Source: a virus
Lineage: Duplodnaviria > Caudoviricetes
Virus record (IMG/VR): IMGVR_UViG_3300048998_000126
Coordinates: 1-63,944 of that record
Length of the DNA: 63,944 nucleotides
Strand: one strand, 5' to 3'
The notes below the pieces were generated by a model, which was not told the DNA's origin, did not search any database, and saw nothing but the letters and a program-made list of their open reading frames with translations. Numbering within the stretch: position 1 is the stretch's first letter; each line of letters opens with the position of its first letter. The position numbers were made by a program, and so were the translations under genes. This document shows positions 43,655 through 53,849 of the stretch, piece after piece.

Positions 43655-45674
43655 CTAAGGAGGCTCCCGCCTGTATGGCGTCCACCAGCGCCTTGAAGAT
43701 AGTGGCGTCGGCCGAGTCAAGGTTCTTCTGGGCCTGAGTCAGCTGTTTAGCGGTGTCGCTGTTCAAGTTCTCCAGCGTAGCCTGTGCCATAGCGGCTTGC
43801 TGCTGGCTCGCTTGCTGGGCTTGCTGCGCTTGCTGCTGCTGGTTCTGAGCGATCTGTTCCTTCGTCGCCATGATGCTATTGAGCGGCAGGTCTCGGACCT
43901 TCAGCCGTTCCTCGAGCAGCGCCTGGCGGTTGATGTAAACCATGTCTTCCGGCGAGAGCGTCTGCGCGAGGTTGTCGAGGGCGAACGAGCGCATCTCTTT
44001 GGCCATGAGCGACGTGGCGCCGCGCGGCACCGGCCGTGTATCGCCTGCCAACTTGTCGCGGTCGGCGTTGAACACGAGGTTCCACTGCACCAGCGCGTGG
44101 ATCACGCTTACGGTAAACCGGTCAAAGTTGCGTACGATGTCTCGGAACGGCAGCGCGGCGTTGCCGTAAATCATCGAGGCGCCGCCGGTTGTGCGCATGG
44201 CCTCGCCAGACACGCCCTCCATGTCCCCATTGGTCAGCGGGTTGACGAAAGTCTCGGTGTCGGCAAACTTCTGAAACTGGTTCATCAGCGCCAGTATCTC
44301 GGTGATCCGGGACTCGAAGTTGATCGACCGGATAACCTGCCCGCCGGTAGTATTGCCCTCGGTACGCCACACCTTGAAAGGCTTGATCGACATATCGTTC
44401 TGGGTGGGGTCGAGGAGGTCGGTGTTGACCTCGACGTTCGGGCCACACGCCACGGAGGCGTTGTCGATCAGCATGCGAGCGCCGCTCGCAATAGCCAGCT
44501 GGCTGTCGCGCATAATCGGTGGGAGCCCGGAGCCCAGCAGGTTCACTTCGTCTTCCTCGAAGATGAACTGGTGGTACACCTTTGATCCTTCCGGGAAAGG
44601 ATTGCGGCCGATCTTGATGATGGTGTTGTCGACGATCCAAGCGGTGTACCGGACGTCATCGTCCATCTCGTCCGAGTCGATGCCATCGCACCCAGCGTCG
44701 GCGAGTTCTCTGCCCGGGGCGCTGCCCCAATACTCGATGAACTCGTACTTCGACCCCTTAGGTAGCGAGGTAGTGTTCTGGCTGCCGCCGATAGACTCGA
44801 GATCGCTTTCGTAGCTAAGCTTGACGTAGTTTCCGTCCTGATGCGTACGCACGTAGTCGCGGATCGCCTTACCGTCGAAGTCAGCGCGTTTGGCCAACTC
44901 CAGCGCTTGGTGCTTCGAGTAGACGTGGCGCTCGAACTCGCCCTCCATCTGGTCGAACGTAGTGGCGCCCATCTCGGGGTAGTAGTTCCAGCACGGCACG
45001 AACTCGTAATACGGACGATACCCCTCCACCTCCACCACTTGGGGCATGCCGCCTGCGTCGATCTCGAACCGGGTGAGGGTGTCCTTGACGGTCATCGGAC
45101 CCTTGGCGACGCCAGGGCCGTAGAGGACGGAGGACGTAACGACCTTGCCCACCAGCGTTTCGTAGTCGGTGGAGTTGTACGGGTCGATATCCTGAAGCTG
45201 GTCGTCGATGACCTTTTCCTGAAAGTCCGCGATCTTCTCCGCGGTATCCGCCACGAGCTTGTCGAGCTGATCCTGTGTAGGCTGCGCGCCGGGGTTCTGA
45301 AGGCGCCAGGCGTCCAGCGCCTCGATCAGGGTATCCAGCGGCAGGTTCGGTACCGGCGAGGCGCTGATACTCCAGTTCTTTTCGCCAGCCGGGAACAGCA
45401 GGCTCATGAGCCGCGACTTCATGCTGGTGCACTTCACCCGGGTGATCTTCGGATAGGCGCGGCTCATGCCCTTGGCCATGACCTGCTCAAGCGCCGGATC
45501 GTACTTGCCGAGGAACTGGCGAACGTTTAGCAGCCACTGGTTTTCGGCGATCTTGCGTTCGCTTTTGTAGGTGGCAAACCGCCCGGACAGAACCCCACCC
45601 AGCTTGGCCTTGCCTTCCGGCGTGCCTTCGTGCTTCGTGGATTCTGCGTCCGGGTCTAAGATTTCGTCTGCCAT
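43536..45674 (-). CDS. Portal protein
   Basis: 712 aa directly after TerL; ITRVK...LFP, YGPGVAKGP, EYWG, G.GLP..MRDSQ and Gln-rich barrel. Confidence 0.85.
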   Translation of the reverse strand: MADEILDPDAESTKHEGTPEGKAKLGGVLSGRFATYKSERKIAENQWLLNVRQFLGKYDPALEQVMAKGMSRAYPKITRVKCTSMKSRLMSLLFPAGEKNWSISASPVPNLPLDTLIEALDAWRLQNPGAQPTQDQLDKLVADTAEKIADFQEKVIDDQLQDIDPYNSTDYETLVGKVVTSSVLYGPGVAKGPMTVKDTLTRFEIDAGGMPQVVEVEGYRPYYEFVPCWNYYPEMGATTFDQMEGEFERHVYSKHQALELAKRADFDGKAIRDYVRTHQDGNYVKLSYESDLESIGGSQNTTSLPKGSKYEFIEYWGSAPGRELADAGCDGIDSDEMDDDVRYTAWIVDNTIIKIGRNPFPEGSKVYHQFIFEEDEVNLLGSGLPPIMRDSQLAIASGARMLIDNASVACGPNVEVNTDLLDPTQNDMSIKPFKVWRTEGNTTGGQVIRSINFESRITEILALMNQFQKFADTETFVNPLTNGDMEGVSGEAMRTTGGASMIYGNAALPFRDIVRNFDRFTVSVIHALVQWNLVFNADRDKLAGDTRPVPRGATSLMAKEMRSFALDNLAQTLSPEDMVYINRQALLEERLKVRDLPLNSIMATKEQIAQNQQQQAQQAQQASQQQAAMAQATLENLNSDTAKQLTQAQKNLDSADATIFKALVDAIQAGASLDELQSITARAGQSRADVNRPPAATGPAPVSGIARIGAAG

Positions 45675-45681
45675 GATTCAC

Positions 45682-47109
45682 CTAGTAAGCGTATGGGTTC
45701 TGCTGGTGTCCGGTGAAGCCAACGCTCGCCGCCTTGCGGCGTTTGGCGTCACGAAACGCTTCACCCTTGAACGCCAGTGCCAGGTACTGACAGGCGTCGT
45801 GGGGGTGGCTGTACTCGTTCTTCTCCGGCACGTCGGCCTGAGCGCCCTTGTTTGAGACGTTATACCGGTATCCTGACTTAAATCCACGGATAAGGGTAGT
45901 GCACGAGGGGTCGATGATCAGCGCTGGGCCGACGTCGGTGAGGCGCGTAAGGTAGTCCTCGACCGCGGCCAGCCGCGGCTCAAGGAGGTTGGTCGCGGCG
46001 GTCTTCACCGGAACTCCCATCTCCTCCTTGAGGACTTTGTACACGCTCTGCTCGTCTGTCTGAGCGCTGGACTTGGATGCGGGGTCGGCGCTAATGATGA
46101 TCTGGGCGCCGGGGAAGTTCATAGCGATCATGGGCTTGAGCTTTTCATTGCAGAACCGCTTGGCACCCGTTTGATGGCCGATGACCTCACGCAGAACGGC
46201 GATTCGTCCGTGGCCATCCTGCTGCCCCAGTATCGCCGCGCTCCACACGTAGCCGGGGTCGAAACCGATGACCAGCGGCAAGTGCGGGTTGTAAATCAGC
46301 GGGCGCTTGGCCACGTGCAGGTCGGGCTTGAACGCTCGGTATACCGGCAGACCCTTGAGACTGTATCCCCAGTTGACTTCGATGTACTGCTTGATCCAGG
46401 CCTCGGACTTACCGGACGCCAAGTTGACGTAGTAGTCGCGCTTGCCCGGCAGGTTTTCGATGTTCTCCGCGTAAGGACTGAACCCACTTGGCTGCTGGTA
46501 GTAACCCAGCTTGGCGGCCTTGATCTTGCCGTCGAGATCCTCTTCCCAGTCACTGTACAGCCAATCGAACCAGAAGTTGTCTTCGTTGCCGGGGTTGGTA
46601 GCGCCCCACATACCCCACCAGGTAGGTCCACCGTCGACCGCCGAAGGGTAACGACCACACCGGCCAGACAGCGCCTCCATGATCGCCGCAGGGATCTCGG
46701 TGAACTCGTCGAGGATGGCCCCGGTGACTTCCAGCGACAGTACACGCCGAACGTCGTCCGCGGTGTCGAGCGGGCGGAACATGATCTCCGCCTCGACGTC
46801 GCCAAACTTCATCCAGAACGTGTTGGTGCTGGAGACCCAGTTACCCGCTTGCCCGTCGGGGAACCACGTAAACCACGACTTGAGCGTGGTGTCCTTCAGC
46901 TGCGGCATGGTGTTACGGACGACCACCCACCGGGTGCGGCGCACTCCGTCTACTGGAGACGGCGCCTGAAGCTTCGCCCGGTGGACGATCTTCATCATGA
47001 TCGCAGTCGTCTTCGCAGAACCGACTGGGCCGACGATGAAGGTATAGAACTTGTCGTCGAGGATGAACGCCTCGGCAATCGGTTCCGGCGCGTAGAGCTT
47101 AGTTCCCAT
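45682..47109 (-). CDS. terL: Terminase large subunit
   Basis: Walker A GPVGSAKT, VVRNT..QL..TT, Walker B AILDE, TNP, nuclease GFD ... SHPHDACQY. Confidence 0.93.
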   Translation of the reverse strand: MGTKLYAPEPIAEAFILDDKFYTFIVGPVGSAKTTAIMMKIVHRAKLQAPSPVDGVRRTRWVVVRNTMPQLKDTTLKSWFTWFPDGQAGNWVSSTNTFWMKFGDVEAEIMFRPLDTADDVRRVLSLEVTGAILDEFTEIPAAIMEALSGRCGRYPSAVDGGPTWWGMWGATNPGNEDNFWFDWLYSDWEEDLDGKIKAAKLGYYQQPSGFSPYAENIENLPGKRDYYVNLASGKSEAWIKQYIEVNWGYSLKGLPVYRAFKPDLHVAKRPLIYNPHLPLVIGFDPGYVWSAAILGQQDGHGRIAVLREVIGHQTGAKRFCNEKLKPMIAMNFPGAQIIISADPASKSSAQTDEQSVYKVLKEEMGVPVKTAATNLLEPRLAAVEDYLTRLTDVGPALIIDPSCTTLIRGFKSGYRYNVSNKGAQADVPEKNEYSHPHDACQYLALAFKGEAFRDAKRRKAASVGFTGHQQNPYAY

Positions 47110-47593
47110 TGATCTCGTCCGCGTCGATTGTCAGGCCTGAGCGGTTGCCGCCCACGCCAAACTGAATATTGATTTCAAAACCACGGCCCGCTCCAGCGCC
47201 CCCACCCACCTGCGCTGGTTGATCGTAGCCCGCCCAGCGCGCCATGTCCTCGATCAGGCGAGTGCGGACACGCGGGTCCATCTCGGGATCGGTGATCATG
47301 TTGTGAGCGACGCTAAGGTAGGAATCGACTTGCAGGCCCGCTTTGAACTTGAAGCTGGCGCCCTCTTTCTCCAGTGCTTTCTTCAGGTCGGCGACAGCCA
47401 TGACGAAGGTAGGCGCGCGGCAGATAGCGTCAAACTGGTGGGCTTGGAGATTGTGAACCTCGAGGATCGTTTCGGTTGTTGTGCCAAGTGCGAAGTCGAC
47501 TACCAGTCGCTGATCCCACTCTGGCCGAAACTCAGGTCCGGCGGGCGAAAACAACTGAATCCCCGTGCGCGGGTCTTCAACGTTGCCGCTCAT
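47099..47593 (-). CDS. Putative terminase small subunit
   Basis: Helical ~164-aa ORF overlapping the terL start; FEINIQF C-terminal strand. Confidence 0.6.
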   Translation of the reverse strand: MSGNVEDPRTGIQLFSPAGPEFRPEWDQRLVVDFALGTTTETILEVHNLQAHQFDAICRAPTFVMAVADLKKALEKEGASFKFKAGLQVDSYLSVAHNMITDPEMDPRVRTRLIEDMARWAGYDQPAQVGGGAGAGRGFEINIQFGVGGNRSGLTIDADEINGN

Positions 47594-47657
47594 GTGTTGC
47601 ATCTCCAGTATGGCGTTTGGCCGGACTATACCGTAGATGCAACGCAGAAGCGACTCG

Positions 47658-48119
47658 TCACTCGGTGGGAGCGGAAAGGGCCGAGGTCTCGCTGGTATAG
47701 GGCTCAGGCATAACAGGCCACGTCGGGGTTGCTGGCCAGCCGGCAGCACCAGTGACACGGCCCAGCTTGACCGTGTATGTGTTCCAGGCTTTGAGCTGAG
47801 TCTTGCGCTGGGGCAGCTCGGCGATCTCGGCGGCCGTGGGCGCCATGTAGTCCGGGTCTTCCTCGTCCTGCCCATTAATCAGGTAGTCGAGCGTCGAGAC
47901 GCGACCAGCCAGGGCTGAAACCTGCGCGTTGGCCTGGCGCGTCAGCGCGTTTAGCTGCGCGGTCTGACTGGCCAGCAGCTCGGCAGCAGCCATGCGGTCG
48001 AGAAATTCTTGCGGGAGTGCGTCTACCAACCTTTCGTTTTCAGCCAAATCCGCGGGATCGAAATCATCCGCAACAGCGCGGTAGCTTAAAACCCCGACTT
48101 CTGTAATTGCGTATTTCAC
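47658..48119 (-). CDS. Tail fibre assembly chaperone
   Basis: L..W..Y.V.L.RV....GWP....WP..P C-terminus typical of Tfa proteins. Confidence 0.8.
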   Translation of the reverse strand: MKYAITEVGVLSYRAVADDFDPADLAENERLVDALPQEFLDRMAAAELLASQTAQLNALTRQANAQVSALAGRVSTLDYLINGQDEEDPDYMAPTAAEIAELPQRKTQLKAWNTYTVKLGRVTGAAGWPATPTWPVMPEPYTSETSALSAPTE

Positions 48120-48122
48120 ATG

Positions 48123-48851
48123 TCACCTCGTAATTTCAAAGCCAAACGCGTCGATGAATCCGCCGCCACCCGCGGGAGGGGTGGTGTTGAATGAATACCA
48201 AACTTGAGCCAGTGGGATGTCCACGTCCCCGTATTGCAGGGTAGCTACGTTAGTTGACCCTTGGAGGATGATCTGCTGAGGATCAGTGCTGGTCGGACCG
48301 AGCTGCAAGAGCGTAGCCGGCCCAGTCAGATAGTTGTTTAGCTTCACATAGAGTTTGGTGGCCGTTGGTGGTGCGAAACCGAGAGTCGAAATCGCCGTAG
48401 TGGTAGTGGCTTGCCCGTTGGCCAATAGGCGCATTTGAGCAACGTCAAAACTTGCCCAGCGGTAGCGCGTATTGTCTGCATAGAACTTGGTCAACTGTGA
48501 AGAAGCATTCGACCAGACGCTGCCCAAGTAACGACGCGTGTTGTCACCGGTCTTGGTCTTAGCGAAACCGCTGTAACCTACGGGTGCGGTGGCGGCAAGC
48601 TCCACAGATGGCGAACCTGCGGCCTCATATAGATAGACGTGGTACCAAGTATTCGCGACCAGGCCAGACGTATTAATGGCCAAGGTCGAAGGAGCATTTT
48701 GTACGCAATTACGACCCAGCCCCGGGATGTAAGCGCTGCCCGCCGAGATCGTGACGTTTGTACCTGTATTCCAGACGAGGTTATACCCATCGATGTATCG
48801 TTCATGGGTTCTGTAGTATCTGGAGTTCGAATTGTCACGGTTTGCGGTCAT
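48123..48851 (-). CDS. Tail-fibre-associated protein, paralogue B
   Basis: SAGSAYIP and KTGDNTRRYLGSV shared with the adjacent gene; lower GC. Confidence 0.7.
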   Translation of the reverse strand: MTANRDNSNSRYYRTHERYIDGYNLVWNTGTNVTISAGSAYIPGLGRNCVQNAPSTLAINTSGLVANTWYHVYLYEAAGSPSVELAATAPVGYSGFAKTKTGDNTRRYLGSVWSNASSQLTKFYADNTRYRWASFDVAQMRLLANGQATTTTAISTLGFAPPTATKLYVKLNNYLTGPATLLQLGPTSTDPQQIILQGSTNVATLQYGDVDIPLAQVWYSFNTTPPAGGGGFIDAFGFEITR

Positions 48852-48854
48852 AAA

Positions 48855-49565
48855 TCACCTGTCAAAAAGATAACCGCGGACCTGAATGGTCAGGCCGCCT
48901 ACCGTGATAAGGCCGTTGAGGAAGTAGTTCAGCAACTGGTTGCCGTTGACTTCAACATCAAACTGGCCGGCTTGGTTCGCCTTTACGAACAGCAAGAAGT
49001 TGGTGGTCGACAGCGTTCCGGTATCAGGCGTGCCGATGTAGGCGTCGCTGGTGGACGTGTTGTTGATCAGCGTGTACATCAGGCGGCACGTCATCGGAAC
49101 GACCGCCGAGGCGTCCACCACCGTAGGCGCGGTGCCAGTGGCCACGTTGAGCAGTCGAGACTGAGCGATAGCCGCGCCGCCGGGCGGGACAAAGCTGATC
49201 CGGTTGGCCCGGTCACCGACCTGGCTGTGCAGGAAGGCCAGCGTAATGCCGGCCGCGTTGAAGTACAGCGACCCCAGATATCGACGCGTCGGATCATTCG
49301 ACTTGGTGCGAGCCGTGCCCTGATATGGGTCCGCCGGCGTGGTGGCCGAAGCCTCGAACGCCAGAACGCCGTTGTCGTTGGCTATGTAGAAATGGCGCCA
49401 TGCGCTGACGACCCCTGTCACGGCAACCGTCATGTCAGTCTGAAGCAGCGCTCGGCCTTGGTTCGGGATGTAGGCGAAGCCGGGCGACAAGCTGACAGTG
49501 GTGCCGTCCGCCCCGACGCTGAGCTTAAGCCCTCGGATGTTCGCATCGTTTACGTTATAGGCCAT
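48855..49565 (-). CDS. Tail-fibre-associated protein, paralogue A
   Basis: SPGFAYIP and KSNDPTRRYLGSL; ATG overlaps the fibre stop. Confidence 0.7.
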   Translation of the reverse strand: MAYNVNDANIRGLKLSVGADGTTVSLSPGFAYIPNQGRALLQTDMTVAVTGVVSAWRHFYIANDNGVLAFEASATTPADPYQGTARTKSNDPTRRYLGSLYFNAAGITLAFLHSQVGDRANRISFVPPGGAAIAQSRLLNVATGTAPTVVDASAVVPMTCRLMYTLINNTSTSDAYIGTPDTGTLSTTNFLLFVKANQAGQFDVEVNGNQLLNYFLNGLITVGGLTIQVRGYLFDR

Positions 49566-52150
49566 TACGTGGTCACCACTGTGTTGTCGGCAACGCGAAG
49601 CCACTGCGTGCCGTTGCTGAAGACGGGACCTGCGCCGCCGGCCATATTCGTGCAGTAGCGTAGCTTGGCGAGGTTGGCGTTCGCCGCGGGTAGAGTGGCG
49701 ACCGTGTACTGGAGGAGCGCATCGTCCTGCGCGCGCACTGCCCCGATTACCAGAACGGACATGATGTCGCTGGTGGTCAGTGAGCCGGATGCCAGAACCA
49801 CGTTAGCGCCATCTGTTGCAGTGAAGTCAGCCGGCGCCTGGAGCACGCCGTTGAAGAAGACGATGATCGACCCGACCGTGTAGCCGTTTGGGACGGCGTA
49901 CGAAGTCTGGCCGACTGAGGAGGTGGCGATGGTCTCGGTGCGGAAGACGCCGCCGTATGCCGTCAGCTGGGCCTGTAACTTGCCGATCGCAGTCAGCACG
50001 GAGTCTGTTGCGGTGACGGGCGTGCTGGTACCGAAAGAGATCGCGGTGAGCACAGCGCTGCGTACAGACCCGGCGAAGTCGGTGAAGACTTTGCTGCCAT
50101 TCCAATACTGCGCCGCAGTGCCGGCCGTGATGGTCGGCTCTTTGTTGGCAACCACAGCGGTGAGGTCCGTGATCTGTTTCTGGAGCTTGCCGACGGCCAC
50201 GAGGATGGAGTCGGTGGCGATTACCGCAGTACCGGTGGCCAGTGATAGGCCGGCCAGCGCGACGTTGAGCACACGCGCTGCGGTGAGGTAGAGATTCGTC
50301 GTGCCTTCGGGAACGTTGTCGGTCGTGCCAGGCGAAGCCACGATGGCCGTGTATACGCTGCCTGACCAGCGATACTCGCGGTTGGTGTCGATGGCGATGT
50401 AGATCTTGCCGGTCTCGCCCGTCGCAGGGAAAGCCGCAAGGTTCGCGAACTCGAGGACATCGTCTACGTAGCTGGGCAGGTAGGCGGAAGCGATCTTGCT
50501 GTCGGCACCGAGCGGTGCTACGCCGTTGGCGGCGCCGACGGCCGTCAGTGGGACCTTGGTTGCGTCCGGCGAGCCAACCAACGAGCTGCCGTCGGCGCGC
50601 TGGTAGCTGATCACACGCCATGCGATAGCGGAATCGGCCTGCAAAATGATCGAGTCGAATAGACGAACCGTGATGTTGGCCTGTGTTGGTAGAGCAAAAA
50701 GATTGCCGTGAACGAGGATGATGCCAGCGTTAACGAACACGATGCGCCGGGTAGCGCCGGACGTGGTAACAGACGGATCGGCAATGGCGCTTATCTGGTC
50801 ACCAGCGTTGGCTGAAACGAATGCCGAGTTGCCGTTAGCACCGAAGGTCAACGTTCCGCCGCTCAGCGCTGCACTGCCGTAAGCTTCGTTGAACGGGCCG
50901 GTCATCTGACCACCAATCAACGGGAGTTTGGTGTTGTCCGGCGAACCCACGAGCGCAGTGCCGTTCGCGCGCTCATACCACAGGCACTTCCACTGCTGAG
51001 CAGCGGTGCAAAGGAACTCAGCCGTGTCCCCAACAGCAGTCGTAATGGACCCGCCCGGAAGGTCTATGTACGGCGGGAAGTCGCCGATGGTGCGAACGCT
51101 ATTGAAGGTCAGCACCACGCGCGTGCCCGCTGGCGCTACGTCGTCGAAGTAGTCGATGGCGCTGGTGCCAGTTACGTTGATGTTGTCGCTGGCCGCCGCG
51201 CCGACAGGCAGTACGTTAGTGGTCGAATCGACCGTGACACTTGGCGCTTGCCGGAACGCGCCGGTCATCTGGACGGAGCCGTCTTTTTTGAAGTCCCCCG
51301 TACCGCCAGCGGGAGCTACCAAAGCGGTGCCGTTCGCTCGAACGTACCAAAGCATTTCCCACACGCCGCTGCCATGACTAATAAATTCAGCGCGATCCCC
51401 GGCGGCCACTTGAATTTCGCCGGTCGCCAGCAAGATGAAATTGGCACTCGGGCGCATGATGGGTGTGCTGCTGAACTCGATAACACGACGCACGCCATCC
51501 GGTAAAGTGTCGATACCGTCGATGTAAGGGTTGCCGCCGTAGGTGAAAGTGTTCGCCGCCACAATGGACGCTTGCAGTATCCCGCCGACGATGGTGATCG
51601 GGAGTCGCGGGGCTTCGTTGAAAGCACCCGTCATGGCGACAGAGCCATCTTTTTTAAAGTCGCCGGTGCCGCCCGCTGGCGCTACTAAAGCAGTGCCGTC
51701 AGCTCGGGCGTAGCCGATCATTTTCCAGTTGCCGATGGTCTGACCTGCGTCGAAACCAAGGGACTCGAAGGTAGCAGTGTCCCCGGCCCGGACCTGGATG
51801 TCGGCACCGGTAAGTAGCTGCATTTTTGCGGCGTTGTAGCGGATTATCGGTGCGCCAGAGAAGATAACAACTCTGATTGCCCCCGATGCGATTGAACCCA
51901 GCCCGACCAGATCACTGGAGCCGCTTGCCTGAAGGGTGTTAGCCAAGTTCAGGTCCGCGTCGACGATATATCCGCCGCCGACCCCCGTCCCAGAATCGAG
52001 GTTATGCGCTCGGATCGGCGCCTGATTTAGGGCTCCTGTCATGGCGACAGAGCCATCTTTGAGAAAATCCCCTACCCCGGCCAGGGTGTCGCCCGCCGGC
52101 AACTGGACGTTCTTACCTCCTACACGAACCAGCGGCTTGCGGGCGGTCAT
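49565..52150 (-). CDS. Tail fibre protein with four tandem ~125-aa modules
   Basis: Repeated KDGSVxMTGAxNxAP ... WxxxxYxRAxGTALV; LPSYVDDV, EGTTNLY and TDSxLxAxGKLQ motifs. Confidence 0.85.
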   Translation of the reverse strand: MTARKPLVRVGGKNVQLPAGDTLAGVGDFLKDGSVAMTGALNQAPIRAHNLDSGTGVGGGYIVDADLNLANTLQASGSSDLVGLGSIASGAIRVVIFSGAPIIRYNAAKMQLLTGADIQVRAGDTATFESLGFDAGQTIGNWKMIGYARADGTALVAPAGGTGDFKKDGSVAMTGAFNEAPRLPITIVGGILQASIVAANTFTYGGNPYIDGIDTLPDGVRRVIEFSSTPIMRPSANFILLATGEIQVAAGDRAEFISHGSGVWEMLWYVRANGTALVAPAGGTGDFKKDGSVQMTGAFRQAPSVTVDSTTNVLPVGAAASDNINVTGTSAIDYFDDVAPAGTRVVLTFNSVRTIGDFPPYIDLPGGSITTAVGDTAEFLCTAAQQWKCLWYERANGTALVGSPDNTKLPLIGGQMTGPFNEAYGSAALSGGTLTFGANGNSAFVSANAGDQISAIADPSVTTSGATRRIVFVNAGIILVHGNLFALPTQANITVRLFDSIILQADSAIAWRVISYQRADGSSLVGSPDATKVPLTAVGAANGVAPLGADSKIASAYLPSYVDDVLEFANLAAFPATGETGKIYIAIDTNREYRWSGSVYTAIVASPGTTDNVPEGTTNLYLTAARVLNVALAGLSLATGTAVIATDSILVAVGKLQKQITDLTAVVANKEPTITAGTAAQYWNGSKVFTDFAGSVRSAVLTAISFGTSTPVTATDSVLTAIGKLQAQLTAYGGVFRTETIATSSVGQTSYAVPNGYTVGSIIVFFNGVLQAPADFTATDGANVVLASGSLTTSDIMSVLVIGAVRAQDDALLQYTVATLPAANANLAKLRYCTNMAGGAGPVFSNGTQWLRVADNTVVTT

Positions 52151-52668
52151 CAGAGCACCACGTAGTCGTGGTCGTCGGTATCCAGCTCAGTCGCACTGAG
52201 TGCCACGCCGAGCTTCTGGTCGATGCTGCCGGCGGTCGCCGTGGTGGAGTCCAGCGCGGGGGTAATGACGCCGCCGGCGGTACCGAGGTAGTAGTCAGCG
52301 CCGATGGTCAAGCCCGACAGCCCGCTGTTCACCGCGTCCAGATCGTAGACCGCCGCGGTACCTGCGCTCGCCACCGCTGTCAGCACAAAGCCATTGGCCG
52401 GGCGGTTATTGGAGTTGTCGGCCAGGCGGACGTTTAACACGCCCGCGTTGGCGTAGATGTTCACGAACTTGCCCGCGCCGATAGCCTCACTGGCCACGAT
52501 GGGACGAGTCGAAGGACCGGAACCGCCGGTTACCATGGAGCTGTCGATCTTGCCGTCAGCGCCCAGAGCCACGATGTCGCCCGCATTGGCCGCGCCGGCC
52601 GAAGCCTGCGTAGCCGCGACCAGAACGTTTTTGCCGCCGGAACGGCTCATGTACTTTTTGCCAGCCAT
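52150..52668 (-). CDS. Putative virion (fibre-attachment/decoration) protein
   Basis: ASEAIGAGKFVN and GLTIGADYYL..AGG...Q.LGVA.SATE motifs. Confidence 0.65.
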   Translation of the reverse strand: MAGKKYMSRSGGKNVLVAATQASAGAANAGDIVALGADGKIDSSMVTGGSGPSTRPIVASEAIGAGKFVNIYANAGVLNVRLADNSNNRPANGFVLTAVASAGTAAVYDLDAVNSGLSGLTIGADYYLGTAGGVITPALDSTTATAGSIDQKLGVALSATELDTDDHDYVVL

Positions 52669-52676
52669 GCTGTCTC

Positions 52677-53462
52677 CTACGCCAGAAAGACTGGCTCATC
52701 CATATCGAGATTTAGTCGGGTCGGCGAGGTGGCGAAACCGACCACTACGTCCCAACCGATTGTAGGCGGCGTCTGAGTCAGTATGCCGCCGCTTGTTGCG
52801 AATACGAGGCCACCGTTCGAAGTGTCCCAGTTCCAACTCGAGTCTTCGATGTAGCCCTCGGTCTGGATCACGATCTGCGCTCCGGCAACACCGCTGCTGA
52901 TCGACACACCCATGATCTGGAACACGTCCGCGGTCGCTGTGTCCACCGGGTAGACCAGCCCCTGCTTTTCATACAGGACACGAAGCGCGCTGACCGTGGT
53001 GCCGGCGGTGCGTCGAATCGACTGGAGATCGCCTGTAGGAAGCGGTTGTAGCGGGGTGCCGCTGATGTACGTCTCGGCGACCGAGAACGTCACCTTGGCG
53101 TACCCCTCGCGACTGGTCAGCACCTGACCGTCCGGGTGCTGGGCGTCAAAGGCGATCAGCAGCGCTTCGTAACCAGCGTCCGATGCCGGGTAGTCGAACT
53201 GGGATAGCTCCAACTTGATCTGCCCGGGCGCTGCGCCGATCCATGTGAACACATCCGGCATCAGATCCGAGTCGAACGAGATCTGCGGTTCGACGTTGGT
53301 GAACACCATGACCATGCGGGTGATGTTGCTGAAGTCGAGAGCGCTGTCCTTGCGTCCGTTCCACTGCTTGAACGTCAGGGACACCGGGTTATCGCGGGAG
53401 CGATAGATGATCTGGTGACCCGGCTCTACCCGGATCTGGACTGGCAGAACGTCGCCCAGCAT
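52677..53462 (-). CDS. Putative virion protein
   Basis: C-terminal G.LTQTPP..G....VG.A motif, similar to the adjacent gene. Confidence 0.6.
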   Translation of the reverse strand: MLGDVLPVQIRVEPGHQIIYRSRDNPVSLTFKQWNGRKDSALDFSNITRMVMVFTNVEPQISFDSDLMPDVFTWIGAAPGQIKLELSQFDYPASDAGYEALLIAFDAQHPDGQVLTSREGYAKVTFSVAETYISGTPLQPLPTGDLQSIRRTAGTTVSALRVLYEKQGLVYPVDTATADVFQIMGVSISSGVAGAQIVIQTEGYIEDSSWNWDTSNGGLVFATSGGILTQTPPTIGWDVVVGFATSPTRLNLDMDEPVFLA

Positions 53463-53472
53463 ACGAAGCTCC

Positions 53473-53757
53473 TTACGGCGTTACCGGTCCGGCTTCGATG
53501 GCAGCAGACAGACGATTCAGGTTGCGAGCCCACATCTGCCGGGTGAACGCCACGTCGAAGTGGCCGACCCCCTTCAGGTTGTAGGTCGTCAGCAACGCGC
53601 GGCGAACAGACTCGAGTTCACGTTCCCACTGGTACCAGGTATCCGGGACTTCGCGAAAAGGCAGCTTGGCAGCGGCGAGGTTAAGCGGTTTGAACAGGGC
53701 GTTGAGCTTGCGGGCCCACGAACGGCGGGTGTCTTGCGTGCGAAAGCGGATTTTCAT
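53473..53757 (-). CDS. Hypothetical basic protein
   Basis: GGAG SD; internal repeat TRRSWARKLN / TRQMWARNLN. Confidence 0.65.
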   Translation of the reverse strand: MKIRFRTQDTRRSWARKLNALFKPLNLAAAKLPFREVPDTWYQWERELESVRRALLTTYNLKGVGHFDVAFTRQMWARNLNRLSAAIEAGPVTP

Positions 53758-53849
53758 GCGTCTTCTCCATGGGCCGACGGCTTGCTGGAGAGGATGGTGC
53801 CCCATCCTTGGGGCTGCGTCCAGTGCTGCGTTGCTTCCTTGGCGCGGGC

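Noticed and set aside
48123-52150. Diversity-generating retroelement or invertase-based fibre switching
   Set aside because: No reverse transcriptase or invertase gene, no TR/VR pair, and all modules are in the same orientation.
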